Shown in pieces: positions 38,952 to 48,011 of a DNA stretch of 64,000 nucleotides. A program made the translations under genes and the position numbers. Every line of letters begins with the position of its first letter. Position 1 is the first letter of the stretch. Under the pieces are notes generated by a model. The model was not told the origin of the DNA, made no database searches, and worked only from the letters and a program-made list of their open reading frames with translations. Origin of the DNA: a virus; the IMG/VR virus record IMGVR_UViG_3300017971_000041, positions 2,677 through 66,676 of that record; one strand, 5' to 3'.

Positions 38952-39082
38952 TGTGTTTCTCCTCGTTGTTAATTGTTACGTTGTTTATAATAGAGAAATC
39001 ACACAATGTCAACAAAAATCTTAGGAAATAAAAGCCAGATTCCGAATCCGGCTTTTATTTCCCCAACAACAACAACGACACA

Positions 39083-39613
39083 TTAAAACAGAGTGAGAAT
39101 ATGGTCCCAATATTCGATCCTGAAGACCCAGCCTCCGGGTTTTTCAGATTCGGGTAGCAAGTCAGATTCGTCTTCCCGGTATTTACGAAGGATTCGGCGA
39201 GTTTTAACCGGAGTTATTTTTAAATGATTAGCAATGTCTTTAACAGTAAAAGTTTCCACGGGGGTGGGATCTGGCTCGACAATCTCGTCCAGGTCGGTCA
39301 ATTCAGCTACCGCCTCTTCGTTCAGGGTATCAGCGAGTTCGATCAATTTTTCAGTCGTCCAGGTTTCCATCGGAGCAAACCAGTAAGTGCCCTCGGCATT
39401 TTTAATAGACGTTATCAGTTCCTCGCGGCAATTTTCAGTAGGGGTCGGTTTTTTGATTGTGGTCAGTTTTGCGGCCAGGACCTCGATTTTTTCGATCATA
39501 ACGGCTTTAGAATATTTACAAGATTTCAGAGGTTTCATTCCTGAAGATTGTCGCAGATTGTTTAGGTGGGCGAATATTTCTTTCGCGGTATTTGTCGTAT
39601 CGATCGTGGTCAT
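39083..39613 (-). CDS. Shared HTH-like C-domain protein (paralogue 6)
   Basis: 'FTVKDIANHLKITPVKTRRILRK...LP...GGWVF'. N-terminus related to paralogue 4. Promoter TTGACA-N17-TATACT at 39658-39686. Confidence 0.78.
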   Translation of the reverse strand: MTTIDTTNTAKEIFAHLNNLRQSSGMKPLKSCKYSKAVMIEKIEVLAAKLTTIKKPTPTENCREELITSIKNAEGTYWFAPMETWTTEKLIELADTLNEEAVAELTDLDEIVEPDPTPVETFTVKDIANHLKITPVKTRRILRKYREDESDLLPESEKPGGWVFRIEYWDHILTLF

Positions 39614-39717
39614 TGTTGCCTCCTGTGTTTGTTGAATTTGTTTCGTTTTGAAGATCCAGTATAAGAGACATTGATTGAGGTGTCAACACAAATCCCGGGT
39701 GTTGACACCTTTTTTTA

Positions 39718-40461
39718 TTATTTTACAATTTTCTTGATAACATCAGTTCGATATTTCATTTCCCATACCCAACGACCCGATTGGATCGGTTGTGGCAATT
39801 CGTTTTTCAATTTACGAATTTTGATTCTGAGTTTTTTCGCGGGGATTCCGAATTCTTTCGAAAGATCTTGGACAGAAAATGTTTCAGATGGGGATTCCAT
39901 GTTCTCATATGGATCGACGACTTTTGGTTTTACAGTTTTTGGATCGGGTGCAGGTTTTTGCGTTTGCGTTTGTGTTTGTTTCTGATGTTTGACCTTTTTA
40001 TTGACAATTGACAGATTCCTGCATCCACAACTTGCACAACGGGAATGAGCGATTTTATGACGAAAACGTTTTGTCAATTTGATTCGATAAGCAAGGGGTT
40101 TTTTACATCCCTCACAGACAACAACGTAATTAAAGGTAGGCCCGTCTCCAGCATTCGTCGTTCGGGTAGGCTCGGCCCCAATTCGTTTAGCAATTTGTTT
40201 CCAAACGTGGTCATGAGCAGAATAGCCACGGGTTTTGACGTCAATCATGTGAGCAATTTCATGCAAAATTACGTCTTCAAATTCTGGTTTTGGGAAGGTT
40301 CCTATGACGTGCGAGAATCTGACCTCGAGGACCTCTTTTGTGTCGCGAATGTATTTGACAGCGCCCATAGTTCTTTGTGCATTCGTCAAAATTATTGGGA
40401 TATTTTCAAATCCATGCATTTTCATCATTTTGCGGGCAGTGTAAGCAATGTCAGTCATCAT
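39718..40461 (-). CDS. SprT-like zinc metalloprotease fused to the shared HTH-like C-domain (paralogue 7)
   Basis: 'ILHEIAH...H...WK.IA..IGA.P', CxxC...CxxC, 'FSVQDLSKEFGIPAKKLRIKIRK...LP...GRWVW'. Promoter at 40502-40530. Confidence 0.85.
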   Translation of the reverse strand: MMTDIAYTARKMMKMHGFENIPIILTNAQRTMGAVKYIRDTKEVLEVRFSHVIGTFPKPEFEDVILHEIAHMIDVKTRGYSAHDHVWKQIAKRIGAEPTRTTNAGDGPTFNYVVVCEGCKKPLAYRIKLTKRFRHKIAHSRCASCGCRNLSIVNKKVKHQKQTQTQTQKPAPDPKTVKPKVVDPYENMESPSETFSVQDLSKEFGIPAKKLRIKIRKLKNELPQPIQSGRWVWEMKYRTDVIKKIVK

Positions 40462-40719
40462 TTTCTCCTTTGTTGTTGTGTTCTATGTTGTTGTTATGAA
40501 GAACATATGAGAAAATGATTTAAATGTCAACAAAAAATCTAGATTTTATAGAAAAATTTTATTCCTTATTATAACATGATATTTTACGAATGTAGACAGT
40601 GTCAGATGATCAAAATTCAACGATCATATCGACACGCATATAATGACATGTATCGAAAATTATCGTTGAATTTTGACGAGCTCATGAACCACATTATTTT
40701 CATCAATAAAATCAATATG

Positions 40720-40989
40720 TTATTGTTTATCCAGAGACAGGAATGCCATAATTTCGTTTAATTCTCTGGCATTGCGTAGCAAATTGAGTCGACCCCTCAG
40801 TCTTTGAACCATAGCAAACCGTTGGCGGGACTTCAATTCCACATATAGTAACTCCCGTACCTCGTCCTCTTGCATGAATTTTAATCCTACATGGATCTTT
40901 TTCCAGTTCGACAAGCGGTCCAGTATTTCAATAAATCTGGGCTTCGACATTTCTATATTATCAAATAATTCAGTTACAAAAGTTCCCAT
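40720..40989 (-). CDS. Hypothetical protein
   Basis: 89 aa, downstream of the polymerase. Confidence 0.6.
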   Translation of the reverse strand: MGTFVTELFDNIEMSKPRFIEILDRLSNWKKIHVGLKFMQEDEVRELLYVELKSRQRFAMVQRLRGRLNLLRNARELNEIMAFLSLDKQ

Positions 40990-40998
40990 TGTATTTAC

Positions 40999-42987
40999 CT
41001 ATTTTTTATATCGTTTTGTTTCGAATCCAGCCGCCTTAAGTGGAAAACCAGTGTATACTTCGTCTCGATTACACATGATTTTATTGACTTCATCAATCGA
41101 GACCCCTCCATCAATCGGGGTTTCAATCACGACTTCGTCGTGGACAGTCAAGATTATTTTGTGTCCGAGTCTTTCGAGATCCAAGACAGCTTCCATCAAT
41201 ATCTCCCGACACATTGCTTGAGTTGCATTTTCAGCCAATCGACCAGGAGTCAATGACACCCGTCTCCAACTGTTTTTTGAAGTCATCCCCAGGTGTGTTA
41301 CAGATTGAGTCCAACCCCAAGGCGCCTTTACTTCCTCCACCCGTGGTTTATAATATGCTAGGGCTTTCCCGTTGGGGAGAATCAAAAAAAGAAATCCTTG
41401 ATGGCTCATAAATTGGATGTATCCAAATGAGGTCAAGGTACCTTGATTGATGATTGCGTCTTCAGCTGCGTCTTTGAGACCATACCAGAATTCTTTTACA
41501 TGATAATATTTTTCACGGAAAATATCGATTGTTCGTTTTGCTCCAGCCATGTCAAGATTGAAGCCTCTCATTAAACAATCCTCGAGGAATTTCTTGGCCC
41601 CCATCCCATATCCGCACCCGAGAATTGTAAGCTTCCCGTGTCGTCTCATTTCGGAATCCTTTGGGATTTGATCATAGGACAAGTCGTAAAGTGAAGTCGC
41701 CATATCTGTATACAAACACAATCCGTTTTCAATTTTCCGCAATGCATCTTCTTGTCCGGCTAACCAAAACAAACCACGGTTTTCGACTTGTGAGTAATCA
41801 GACACAACAAATTTATATCCAGGAGGAGCGGTGATAGAGGGGCGTATCAACGCGGAACATGCATATAAGAAGTCAGGAAAGACACCCATCAAATCGACCA
41901 ACGAATCATTTTTAAACATTTCAATGGCTTTCTCGATATCCATTGATTTGATTTCAGCTCGAGGCAAGTTTTGAGGCTGCAATAAACGGCCTCCCTCCCG
42001 CCCCGTGGTAGCTCGATGGTATTTAAGACAATCACGGATTCGCCCGTCGAAACACACAGCTTGCTGTAGTTTGGGGAATTTTTTAATCGAACTTTTCCCA
42101 GCTGTTTTTCGAATTTCAAGTAACGTTTTAACGCCCGGAAAATTATCAATCTCTGGATCTTCGAGACTTTTTGTAACAGTGTCAGCAGTCAAGTCTGGCA
42201 ATTCATATCCCTGCGATTCGCACCATTGGAGGATTTTTGCTCGTTGATTAATTGTTTGGACTTTATTGCCAGTTATGATTCCGACCATCGCCGTAACATC
42301 TTCGAGATATTCCTCGGTTCGATTAACCACGGCATCGATTAATTCGAGATCAATCGGAATTCCGCGTTCATTTTTTCGGACGGTATGGCGCCAAATTTCG
42401 AGTTCATTACCAACGTAGCCCCAGGGAAGTTTGGTGAGGATGGCACGTTCGGCTTCCACGTCCTGGATGCAGTAGTCGTACATTTCTTGATAAAGGTCCG
42501 GAAATAGTTCCTTTGTCCATCGAATGTACGGGTTTTTCTTTGATGGTTTTTGTGGTTTCGACAATTTCTGAATTAAATATGATCCCCGTTTGTCTTTTTG
42601 GATTGCCAATTTCAGGACCTCACCACATTTGTCAAGAGCCAACGGGAGAGCGAATGCCGAAGCAATTGCTTGTGTGTCACGGTATTGGTTGAAGGGAATT
42701 TTCGGCCAAGCGAATTTTCTCATGCAAACATAATTCCAAAGATATCGCTCGAAGGCAACATTCCAGCCATATACCAAGTATCCGGCCTCGATTCGCTCAA
42801 ACAAGTCAACCGGCGGTGGAAGGTCTGGGTGCCAGAGTCTGGGTTCTTCATCATTGAAAGCATATGCCAGACAGATGATGTCAGTTGAGGGATCCATTGC
42901 ATATCGACCCGACCCAACAACTTTAATGTCAGCTTTCGAATATGACTCAAAGTCCATGTTTATTCGGGGGCTTTTATCGTCTTCCAT
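40999..42987 (-). CDS. DNA polymerase family A with 3'-5' exonuclease domain
   Basis: 'DFESYS', 'NVAFER', 'YCIQDV', 'TGREGG..LQPQNLPR', motif A 'DYSQVENR', motif B 'R.HGK..ILG.GYGMG', motif C 'VHDE'. Confidence 0.96.
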   Translation of the reverse strand: MEDDKSPRINMDFESYSKADIKVVGSGRYAMDPSTDIICLAYAFNDEEPRLWHPDLPPPVDLFERIEAGYLVYGWNVAFERYLWNYVCMRKFAWPKIPFNQYRDTQAIASAFALPLALDKCGEVLKLAIQKDKRGSYLIQKLSKPQKPSKKNPYIRWTKELFPDLYQEMYDYCIQDVEAERAILTKLPWGYVGNELEIWRHTVRKNERGIPIDLELIDAVVNRTEEYLEDVTAMVGIITGNKVQTINQRAKILQWCESQGYELPDLTADTVTKSLEDPEIDNFPGVKTLLEIRKTAGKSSIKKFPKLQQAVCFDGRIRDCLKYHRATTGREGGRLLQPQNLPRAEIKSMDIEKAIEMFKNDSLVDLMGVFPDFLYACSALIRPSITAPPGYKFVVSDYSQVENRGLFWLAGQEDALRKIENGLCLYTDMATSLYDLSYDQIPKDSEMRRHGKLTILGCGYGMGAKKFLEDCLMRGFNLDMAGAKRTIDIFREKYYHVKEFWYGLKDAAEDAIINQGTLTSFGYIQFMSHQGFLFLILPNGKALAYYKPRVEEVKAPWGWTQSVTHLGMTSKNSWRRVSLTPGRLAENATQAMCREILMEAVLDLERLGHKIILTVHDEVVIETPIDGGVSIDEVNKIMCNRDEVYTGFPLKAAGFETKRYKK

Positions 42988-42989
42988 GT

Positions 42990-43751
42990 TTACTCCTTGT
43001 ATTGAGGAAGGTTTGATGGTAAAGTTTCGTGAATACCTTCGGTTATTTCATGGTTCTTATCGATTTTACCGATTGCCATTACTGAGATTGCTGCCATTTG
43101 CAACAGCCGCTTCTTTAGCTCAATTCGCCAGTGGGGATTTTGTAACGAGATTTGTGAAATCTTATCAAGACGTTTAGCAAATACTCGTCTCATTTCCTCC
43201 AAACCCATCCCGTGGTTCATGTCAGACCAAAGAAATTCTTGGACGGTCCTGGCGGCTTTAATCGTTTTAGCGATTGCTAATTCTTCGAGGTCAAGGGCAG
43301 CTTGTGTGTCTTGATATTGGATTTCCTTGATATTAGCTTCCCGGATAAGGGCATCGCGGCAATCGCTGGATAAATAGTGTTTGATATAGTAAATTCGTTT
43401 AATTTTTGTCGTTGATATCAGTTTAATACAATTAATACAAGGTCGTACTGTACAATATAACTCTGTGTTTGTCAACCCTTCTTTTCCACAGGATTTTAAT
43501 CCCTCGATTAAGACATTTACCTCAGCGTGTATTGCCGGACATTTATCAAGGTCTTTTCCTGAATTGTCGCCTTTAGGATTTCGTTTACAGGTTTCACAAT
43601 GGGGGTGACCAGATGGGGGCCCATTGTAACCGGTTGCAACAATTCGACTATCTCGGACCAACAATGCCCCAACCCGACGACTGAGGCACGTTGACCGAGC
43701 GGCAACCAATTTTGTGATTTCCATAAAATAATTTTGGCGGCCGAGTCGCAT
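42990..43751 (-). CDS. dCMP deaminase with a helical C-terminal extension
   Basis: 'RSTC..R.VGA', 'TGYNG', 'HAEVN', 'PCINC'. Confidence 0.9.
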   Translation of the reverse strand: MRLGRQNYFMEITKLVAARSTCLSRRVGALLVRDSRIVATGYNGPPSGHPHCETCKRNPKGDNSGKDLDKCPAIHAEVNVLIEGLKSCGKEGLTNTELYCTVRPCINCIKLISTTKIKRIYYIKHYLSSDCRDALIREANIKEIQYQDTQAALDLEELAIAKTIKAARTVQEFLWSDMNHGMGLEEMRRVFAKRLDKISQISLQNPHWRIELKKRLLQMAAISVMAIGKIDKNHEITEGIHETLPSNLPQYKE

Positions 43752-43754
43752 GAT

Positions 43755-44450
43755 TTAGAATTCTCCTTTGACATGGGCGTGGAAAGTATGTAACGATCCG
43801 ATGTTATGATAAAACCACCCGGGGGTAACGCCAACTTGGTCAGCGATATATTGCATCAATTTGATCGTGGTATATACATCCGATGCATAAAATAAAACAT
43901 AATCACACGATCTCTGGGAATAGATAACGTGTAATTTATTTCCACGGATGAAGAATTGATAAGTCAAAGAGCACGGGACTCGGTCGCGGCCTCCCCAGTT
44001 CATCATGTCTTTGTTCGATTCATACATGGAAATAATTGCCTGGCGAGTATTCGGACGTTCTTTCAATTCCTGAATAACGTACGGAATCTGGGCCTGCCAG
44101 CGTTCGGGATAGGCGTAAGAGAAACAGCCATTGCGGATATAGGGTTTCCAAAAATCCTGTCGAATTTTCCAAGCTTCGCCGGGATTTTTATTGACGATGG
44201 AAAAATCCAGTCGTTCGGCAATTTCTGCATGGACCCAATCAATATCCATGTTCATGTAAGCCAGCAATTCCTCGAGGTCGTTGTACTGTTGAATGCAGTA
44301 GGAATAGCTCATGAGTTCGAGAGTCCGGAAGTCCGGATCGTCGCCGACGTATTTGTCTTGTACGGTATCGGACTGGTATTCGATTCCCATTTCTTTCAAT
44401 TCCCGTGCTAACTCTTTAGCACACTCGATAGTCGATTGATAAACTCTCAT
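43755..44450 (-). CDS. Thymidylate synthase homologue with dCMP-type specificity residue (dCMP hydroxymethylase/methylase-like)
   Basis: 'TRQAI', catalytic 'VPC..TYQF.IR', 'QRSCD......SD' with Asp at the position of E. coli ThyA Asn177, 'IGSLH'. Confidence 0.8.
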   Translation of the reverse strand: MRVYQSTIECAKELARELKEMGIEYQSDTVQDKYVGDDPDFRTLELMSYSYCIQQYNDLEELLAYMNMDIDWVHAEIAERLDFSIVNKNPGEAWKIRQDFWKPYIRNGCFSYAYPERWQAQIPYVIQELKERPNTRQAIISMYESNKDMMNWGGRDRVPCSLTYQFFIRGNKLHVIYSQRSCDYVLFYASDVYTTIKLMQYIADQVGVTPGWFYHNIGSLHTFHAHVKGEF

Positions 44451-44575
44451 TATTTTCCTCCGTTAATAAAATAATAATATGAATAACACGTACCCAATGA
44501 TGAAAATACTTAAAATTGTGTCAGAATTCATGATGTTTCTTTCATAACACACATGGATGTCAGAGTCAATAAATT

Positions 44576-45721
44576 TTATCTGCCAAGGTGTCTCTGGACG
44601 ATTTTATTTTGTTTGGCTAGTCGAACACATGAAGGCCGGTATCTGGGTCTCTCGGTCAAAAATGCATGAAATTGATCGATTAAGAAGCCCGGGAATTCAC
44701 ACGGGATACATCTCCCGGTTTGACGAATTAGCGTCCCATTCATGTTGTGGCGCCAGGTGCCATCGTCTTCAAGTTTTTCGGAATAAAAAATAAAGTCATC
44801 GGGAAAGCCCATGATTCGAGCTCGTTCACGGATCGTTGTTGGTAAGTTCGTTACTGGGTGAATGATCGGGTTGGTACCAATCAGTGTCGGGGAAGGCCCA
44901 TCGTACTTCGGTTTTCGAAAACCGAAATGGAATTTCTGTTCACCACGGTCATTGATATAATGTAGGGGTTTGTTGTCCTTTTTATCCCTGAAGATCTTTT
45001 GTACTTCTCCCCAGTTCATGGGTCCATCACGAAAAACCCGATTCCCAGCACGGGCTGAACTGTGGATTGAATGGAGAATATGGTTCGGCAACCTCCCGTG
45101 GCAGTCCTCAAGGTCCCGGATAACTTCTTTCAATGATTTCCCAATGTTGCGTTCGCCCGGCATGAATTGGTAGCCTAGATCGTGCAAGGAGGCAATAATA
45201 AACAGACGGTTCCGGTTCTTTTGGGAATTACCGTAGTGATAATTCGATACATATTCCACGTCAATGTGGTAATCAGGCAACAGAGATTTGTACAGCTCTG
45301 GCGGATTTGCTTCAAGGGATTTGGGAAGGTTGTCAAAGAAAGCAAACTTCGGTTTAATGACATTAACTATTCGAATCCATTCAAGAAACTCATCGGAGGC
45401 TTTCGATGCATACTCTTTACGTTCTGCCCCTGTTTTGTTGACGAGATTCGAATAGCGTCCACATTTCGGGTGTCCCCCGATAACATCGACCTTTCCAACC
45501 AAATCCTTTTTGATAAAGTCTGGCAGTTCGCTGTCTGATTTGACGAGCCAGGCGCCGGGGAAATTTTCGAGGAAGGTATTTCTGCCGTTTTCATCGAAGT
45601 GATGGCAAAACCCCCGAGGTTCAATGTTCCCATATAATTTATGGCCAGCTCTATGGGCATAAACGAATGGTGACCCGATTCCCGCATATACACCCAACAT
45701 TTTCAAAGGTCTTTCAATCAT
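44576..45721 (-). CDS. Divergent C5-cytosine DNA methyltransferase-like protein
   Basis: Motif I 'YAGIG', IV 'GGHPKCG.YS', VI 'FDNLP', VIII 'Q..RNRLF', IX 'TIRE.ARIMGFPDDF', X 'QTGRCIP'. Confidence 0.75.
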   Translation of the reverse strand: MIERPLKMLGVYAGIGSPFVYAHRAGHKLYGNIEPRGFCHHFDENGRNTFLENFPGAWLVKSDSELPDFIKKDLVGKVDVIGGHPKCGRYSNLVNKTGAERKEYASKASDEFLEWIRIVNVIKPKFAFFDNLPKSLEANPPELYKSLLPDYHIDVEYVSNYHYGNSQKNRNRLFIIASLHDLGYQFMPGERNIGKSLKEVIRDLEDCHGRLPNHILHSIHSSARAGNRVFRDGPMNWGEVQKIFRDKKDNKPLHYINDRGEQKFHFGFRKPKYDGPSPTLIGTNPIIHPVTNLPTTIRERARIMGFPDDFIFYSEKLEDDGTWRHNMNGTLIRQTGRCIPCEFPGFLIDQFHAFLTERPRYRPSCVRLAKQNKIVQRHLGR

Positions 45722-45778
45722 TATATTTTCTCCAAGTAACAAGCATTTAATTCGTTATGGTTCATGGGGGCCTTTTAT

Positions 45779-46405
45779 TTAATAATTCGAATTTTGCCGG
45801 AAAACATTGACCAATGCTTTTTTATGATAAAAAACATACAAAGCTTCCATTGACCCGACATGGTGAAAAATCGTATTCAACAAAGAAACGTAGCCGAGGA
45901 CCATCGAACTCACGAATCGGTTCCAGTCAGTTAACACATGGGTGTTTTTCCACGGTTTGTTTTTAAGGAGATTGCAGGCTATTCCAATGTGATAGGTGGT
46001 ATTCAGCATTTGCAGTGGATCCTTTACCAAGTCAACCGTCGGGCGGGGGGTGTATTTCTCGAAATGGGTCGGTTGGATATCACACAGAATGAGCATTTCG
46101 GTATAGAAGTGCAAGGCGTCAATCAATTCTTCGACCAGATGTACCTTGCTGTGGTCCGCGGCTTCGATGGCTTCGGTAATTTCTTCTGTTACACGCCAGG
46201 CATAGTCTTTGATAATGTATTGCCAAACCGGGTCGTCAATCGAAAACGGCCGACCAACAACGAAACCCAAGCCCAGACCATTGCCTTCCTCAATGCCTTT
46301 ATATTTTTCGTGCAATTCCGCCTGTCTGGCGAAGATTCCTTTAATTTGTTCGAACGGTGTTTTTGGGATGACTAATCCTTTTACGTCTGCGTCGTTGACA
46401 TTCAT
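45779..46405 (-). CDS. All-alpha dimeric dUTPase/MazG-like NTP pyrophosphatase
   Basis: 'EEITEA', 'EELIDALHF', 'KPWK', 'Y..K..VN.FRQ..NY'. Confidence 0.82.
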   Translation of the reverse strand: MNVNDADVKGLVIPKTPFEQIKGIFARQAELHEKYKGIEEGNGLGLGFVVGRPFSIDDPVWQYIIKDYAWRVTEEITEAIEAADHSKVHLVEELIDALHFYTEMLILCDIQPTHFEKYTPRPTVDLVKDPLQMLNTTYHIGIACNLLKNKPWKNTHVLTDWNRFVSSMVLGYVSLLNTIFHHVGSMEALYVFYHKKALVNVFRQNSNY

Positions 46406-46463
46406 GATTTTTCCTCCTATTGCAATTTAATAAGTTTAACATTGTCCACGTCATTGACATGGT

Positions 46464-46976
46464 TTAGGTTTCGTAACCAGCCTCTCTGCATATTCTTTTT
46501 AATCGTATCATAGACAAATTTCGAAAGTCAACAGGAATCACTTTTAAATCAAGAATTGTCGAACAATGGACCATAATATTTTGGTATCGAGTATAAATAT
46601 CAAAGTACCGTTGTCGAACTTGCTCCACGTGTTCTTTGGATTTATGTTCTTTCTGGTTCAAGTAATGCAATTTTGATTCCAGATATTCCCATCCGGGGTT
46701 GCAATATATAATAAAAGGATTTAATTTTTGTAGTGCGTTCCACAGTATTTCGGGTTTGACAAGGATTTTACCACGGAGGGTGCAATATACTTGTTCGGAA
46801 ATACACGGGTGGCGGTCCAAAAGCATGTCCTTCGGAGTATTTTCAATTCGGGCCATAATTTCTTCAGGTGACTTCGGAGGCGCACCGAAATGGTGAATTT
46901 TCAAACCAGTGAATTCCGAAAGATGCCTCCCAACCGTGGTTTTCCCAGACAAATCGGGTCCTTCTAATAATATCAT
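46464..46976 (-). CDS. dNMP kinase (thymidylate-kinase-like)
   Basis: 'ILLEGPDLSGKTT', 'DR...SE.VY...RG'. Confidence 0.85.
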   Translation of the reverse strand: MILLEGPDLSGKTTVGRHLSEFTGLKIHHFGAPPKSPEEIMARIENTPKDMLLDRHPCISEQVYCTLRGKILVKPEILWNALQKLNPFIIYCNPGWEYLESKLHYLNQKEHKSKEHVEQVRQRYFDIYTRYQNIMVHCSTILDLKVIPVDFRNLSMIRLKRICREAGYET

Positions 46977-47014
46977 TTTTTGTCCTTTTTTAGAAATGTA
47001 GAAAAGAGATTTTG

Positions 47015-47034
47015 AAAAAAGCCCCCGAAGGGGC
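47015..47034 (-). terminator. Intrinsic terminator
   Basis: GCCCC-TTCG-GGGGC-TTTTTT on the minus strand. Confidence 0.8.
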
Positions 47035-47066
47035 CTATTTCATAGTAGCGAAGGATCGAGCGGGTA

Positions 47067-47687
47067 TTACTTCGGAGCCAAGCCCATGTCGGCGGATTTG
47101 CCGGTGGCCAAGGACGAAAATACTGGATACAAACGTATCCATTTCTTGGCCGATTTTTTGGTGGTAACTTCGGCAATGGCGTCGGTGAACTCGTCGCTGG
47201 TAGCATCGGGTTTGGAGAAAAAGAGATCCACGATGGTTTTGTTGATTTTGGATCCCTTCGGGCCGCCCTTGCTTTTCTTCGGTCTGGTCGGCATGGCCAA
47301 GTCCATGTCTTCGAGGCGTTTGCGAATCTGCGCAATCACTTTTTTCTCGGTGGCGCCGGTAATGTTTTTGACGGCCTCGGCAATGATCGGTTTGAAACCT
47401 TCGAAGGACAAGTCTTCCTGGGTCAGATCCTCGGCGAGTTCCAGGTTTTCGTCCAAGTATTCGGAAATGTTTTCTCGAATTTCGGCCGGGGATATGACCA
47501 GCCCTTCGCTGATGGTAATGGCGCGGTACAGGCGGACCAGGTTGGAAAATGGGATTCCCTGTTCGAACATTTTGGTTTTGATTTCATCGGGATCTTGTTT
47601 GTTTTCAAAGCCCTGCATGATAACACTTTTGGCATTTTCATATTGGGTTTCCGGGATTCCTTTGATTGTTTGTTTTTCGTTGGACAT
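47067..47687 (-). CDS. Hypothetical helical protein, probably highly expressed
   Basis: Own promoter at 47739-47767, AAGGAGG RBS, own terminator. Confidence 0.75.
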   Translation of the reverse strand: MSNEKQTIKGIPETQYENAKSVIMQGFENKQDPDEIKTKMFEQGIPFSNLVRLYRAITISEGLVISPAEIRENISEYLDENLELAEDLTQEDLSFEGFKPIIAEAVKNITGATEKKVIAQIRKRLEDMDLAMPTRPKKSKGGPKGSKINKTIVDLFFSKPDATSDEFTDAIAEVTTKKSAKKWIRLYPVFSSLATGKSADMGLAPK

Positions 47688-47773
47688 GATGCCTCCTTAA
47701 TTATTTGTTTATGGTATTCGTAATCAATTGTTAAGTTGAATATACCAAATATCATTTAGTGTGTCAACACATT

Positions 47774-47920
47774 TTACCAAATTTTAATGTTTTTTATACG
47801 TTTTATATTCACATGTTTTTTAACGTAATCAACAACCTCCTGGGGATCGTCGCCCCGGAGAACGATGAAATCCGTACGACCTTTGTCGTCAATGTAATCA
47901 ATTTTAAATTCTTTTTCCAT
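47774..47920 (-). CDS. 48-aa small ORF (MEKEFKIDYIDDKGRTDF...)
   Basis: Promoter at 47959-47987 and AAAGGA RBS. Confidence 0.6.
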   Translation of the reverse strand: MEKEFKIDYIDDKGRTDFIVLRGDDPQEVVDYVKKHVNIKRIKNIKIW

Positions 47921-48011
47921 ATTTTCTTCCTTTCTGTTAATGTTGATGTTTATGCTTTAATATAATAGCTAAACAAATCTTTGTCAACAGAAAAAGAATA
48001 AAAATCTAAAA

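Noticed and set aside
40999-42987. Intein or intron in the polymerase, terminase or helicase
   Set aside because: Lengths and motif spacing are normal; no splice-junction or homing endonuclease motifs were seen.
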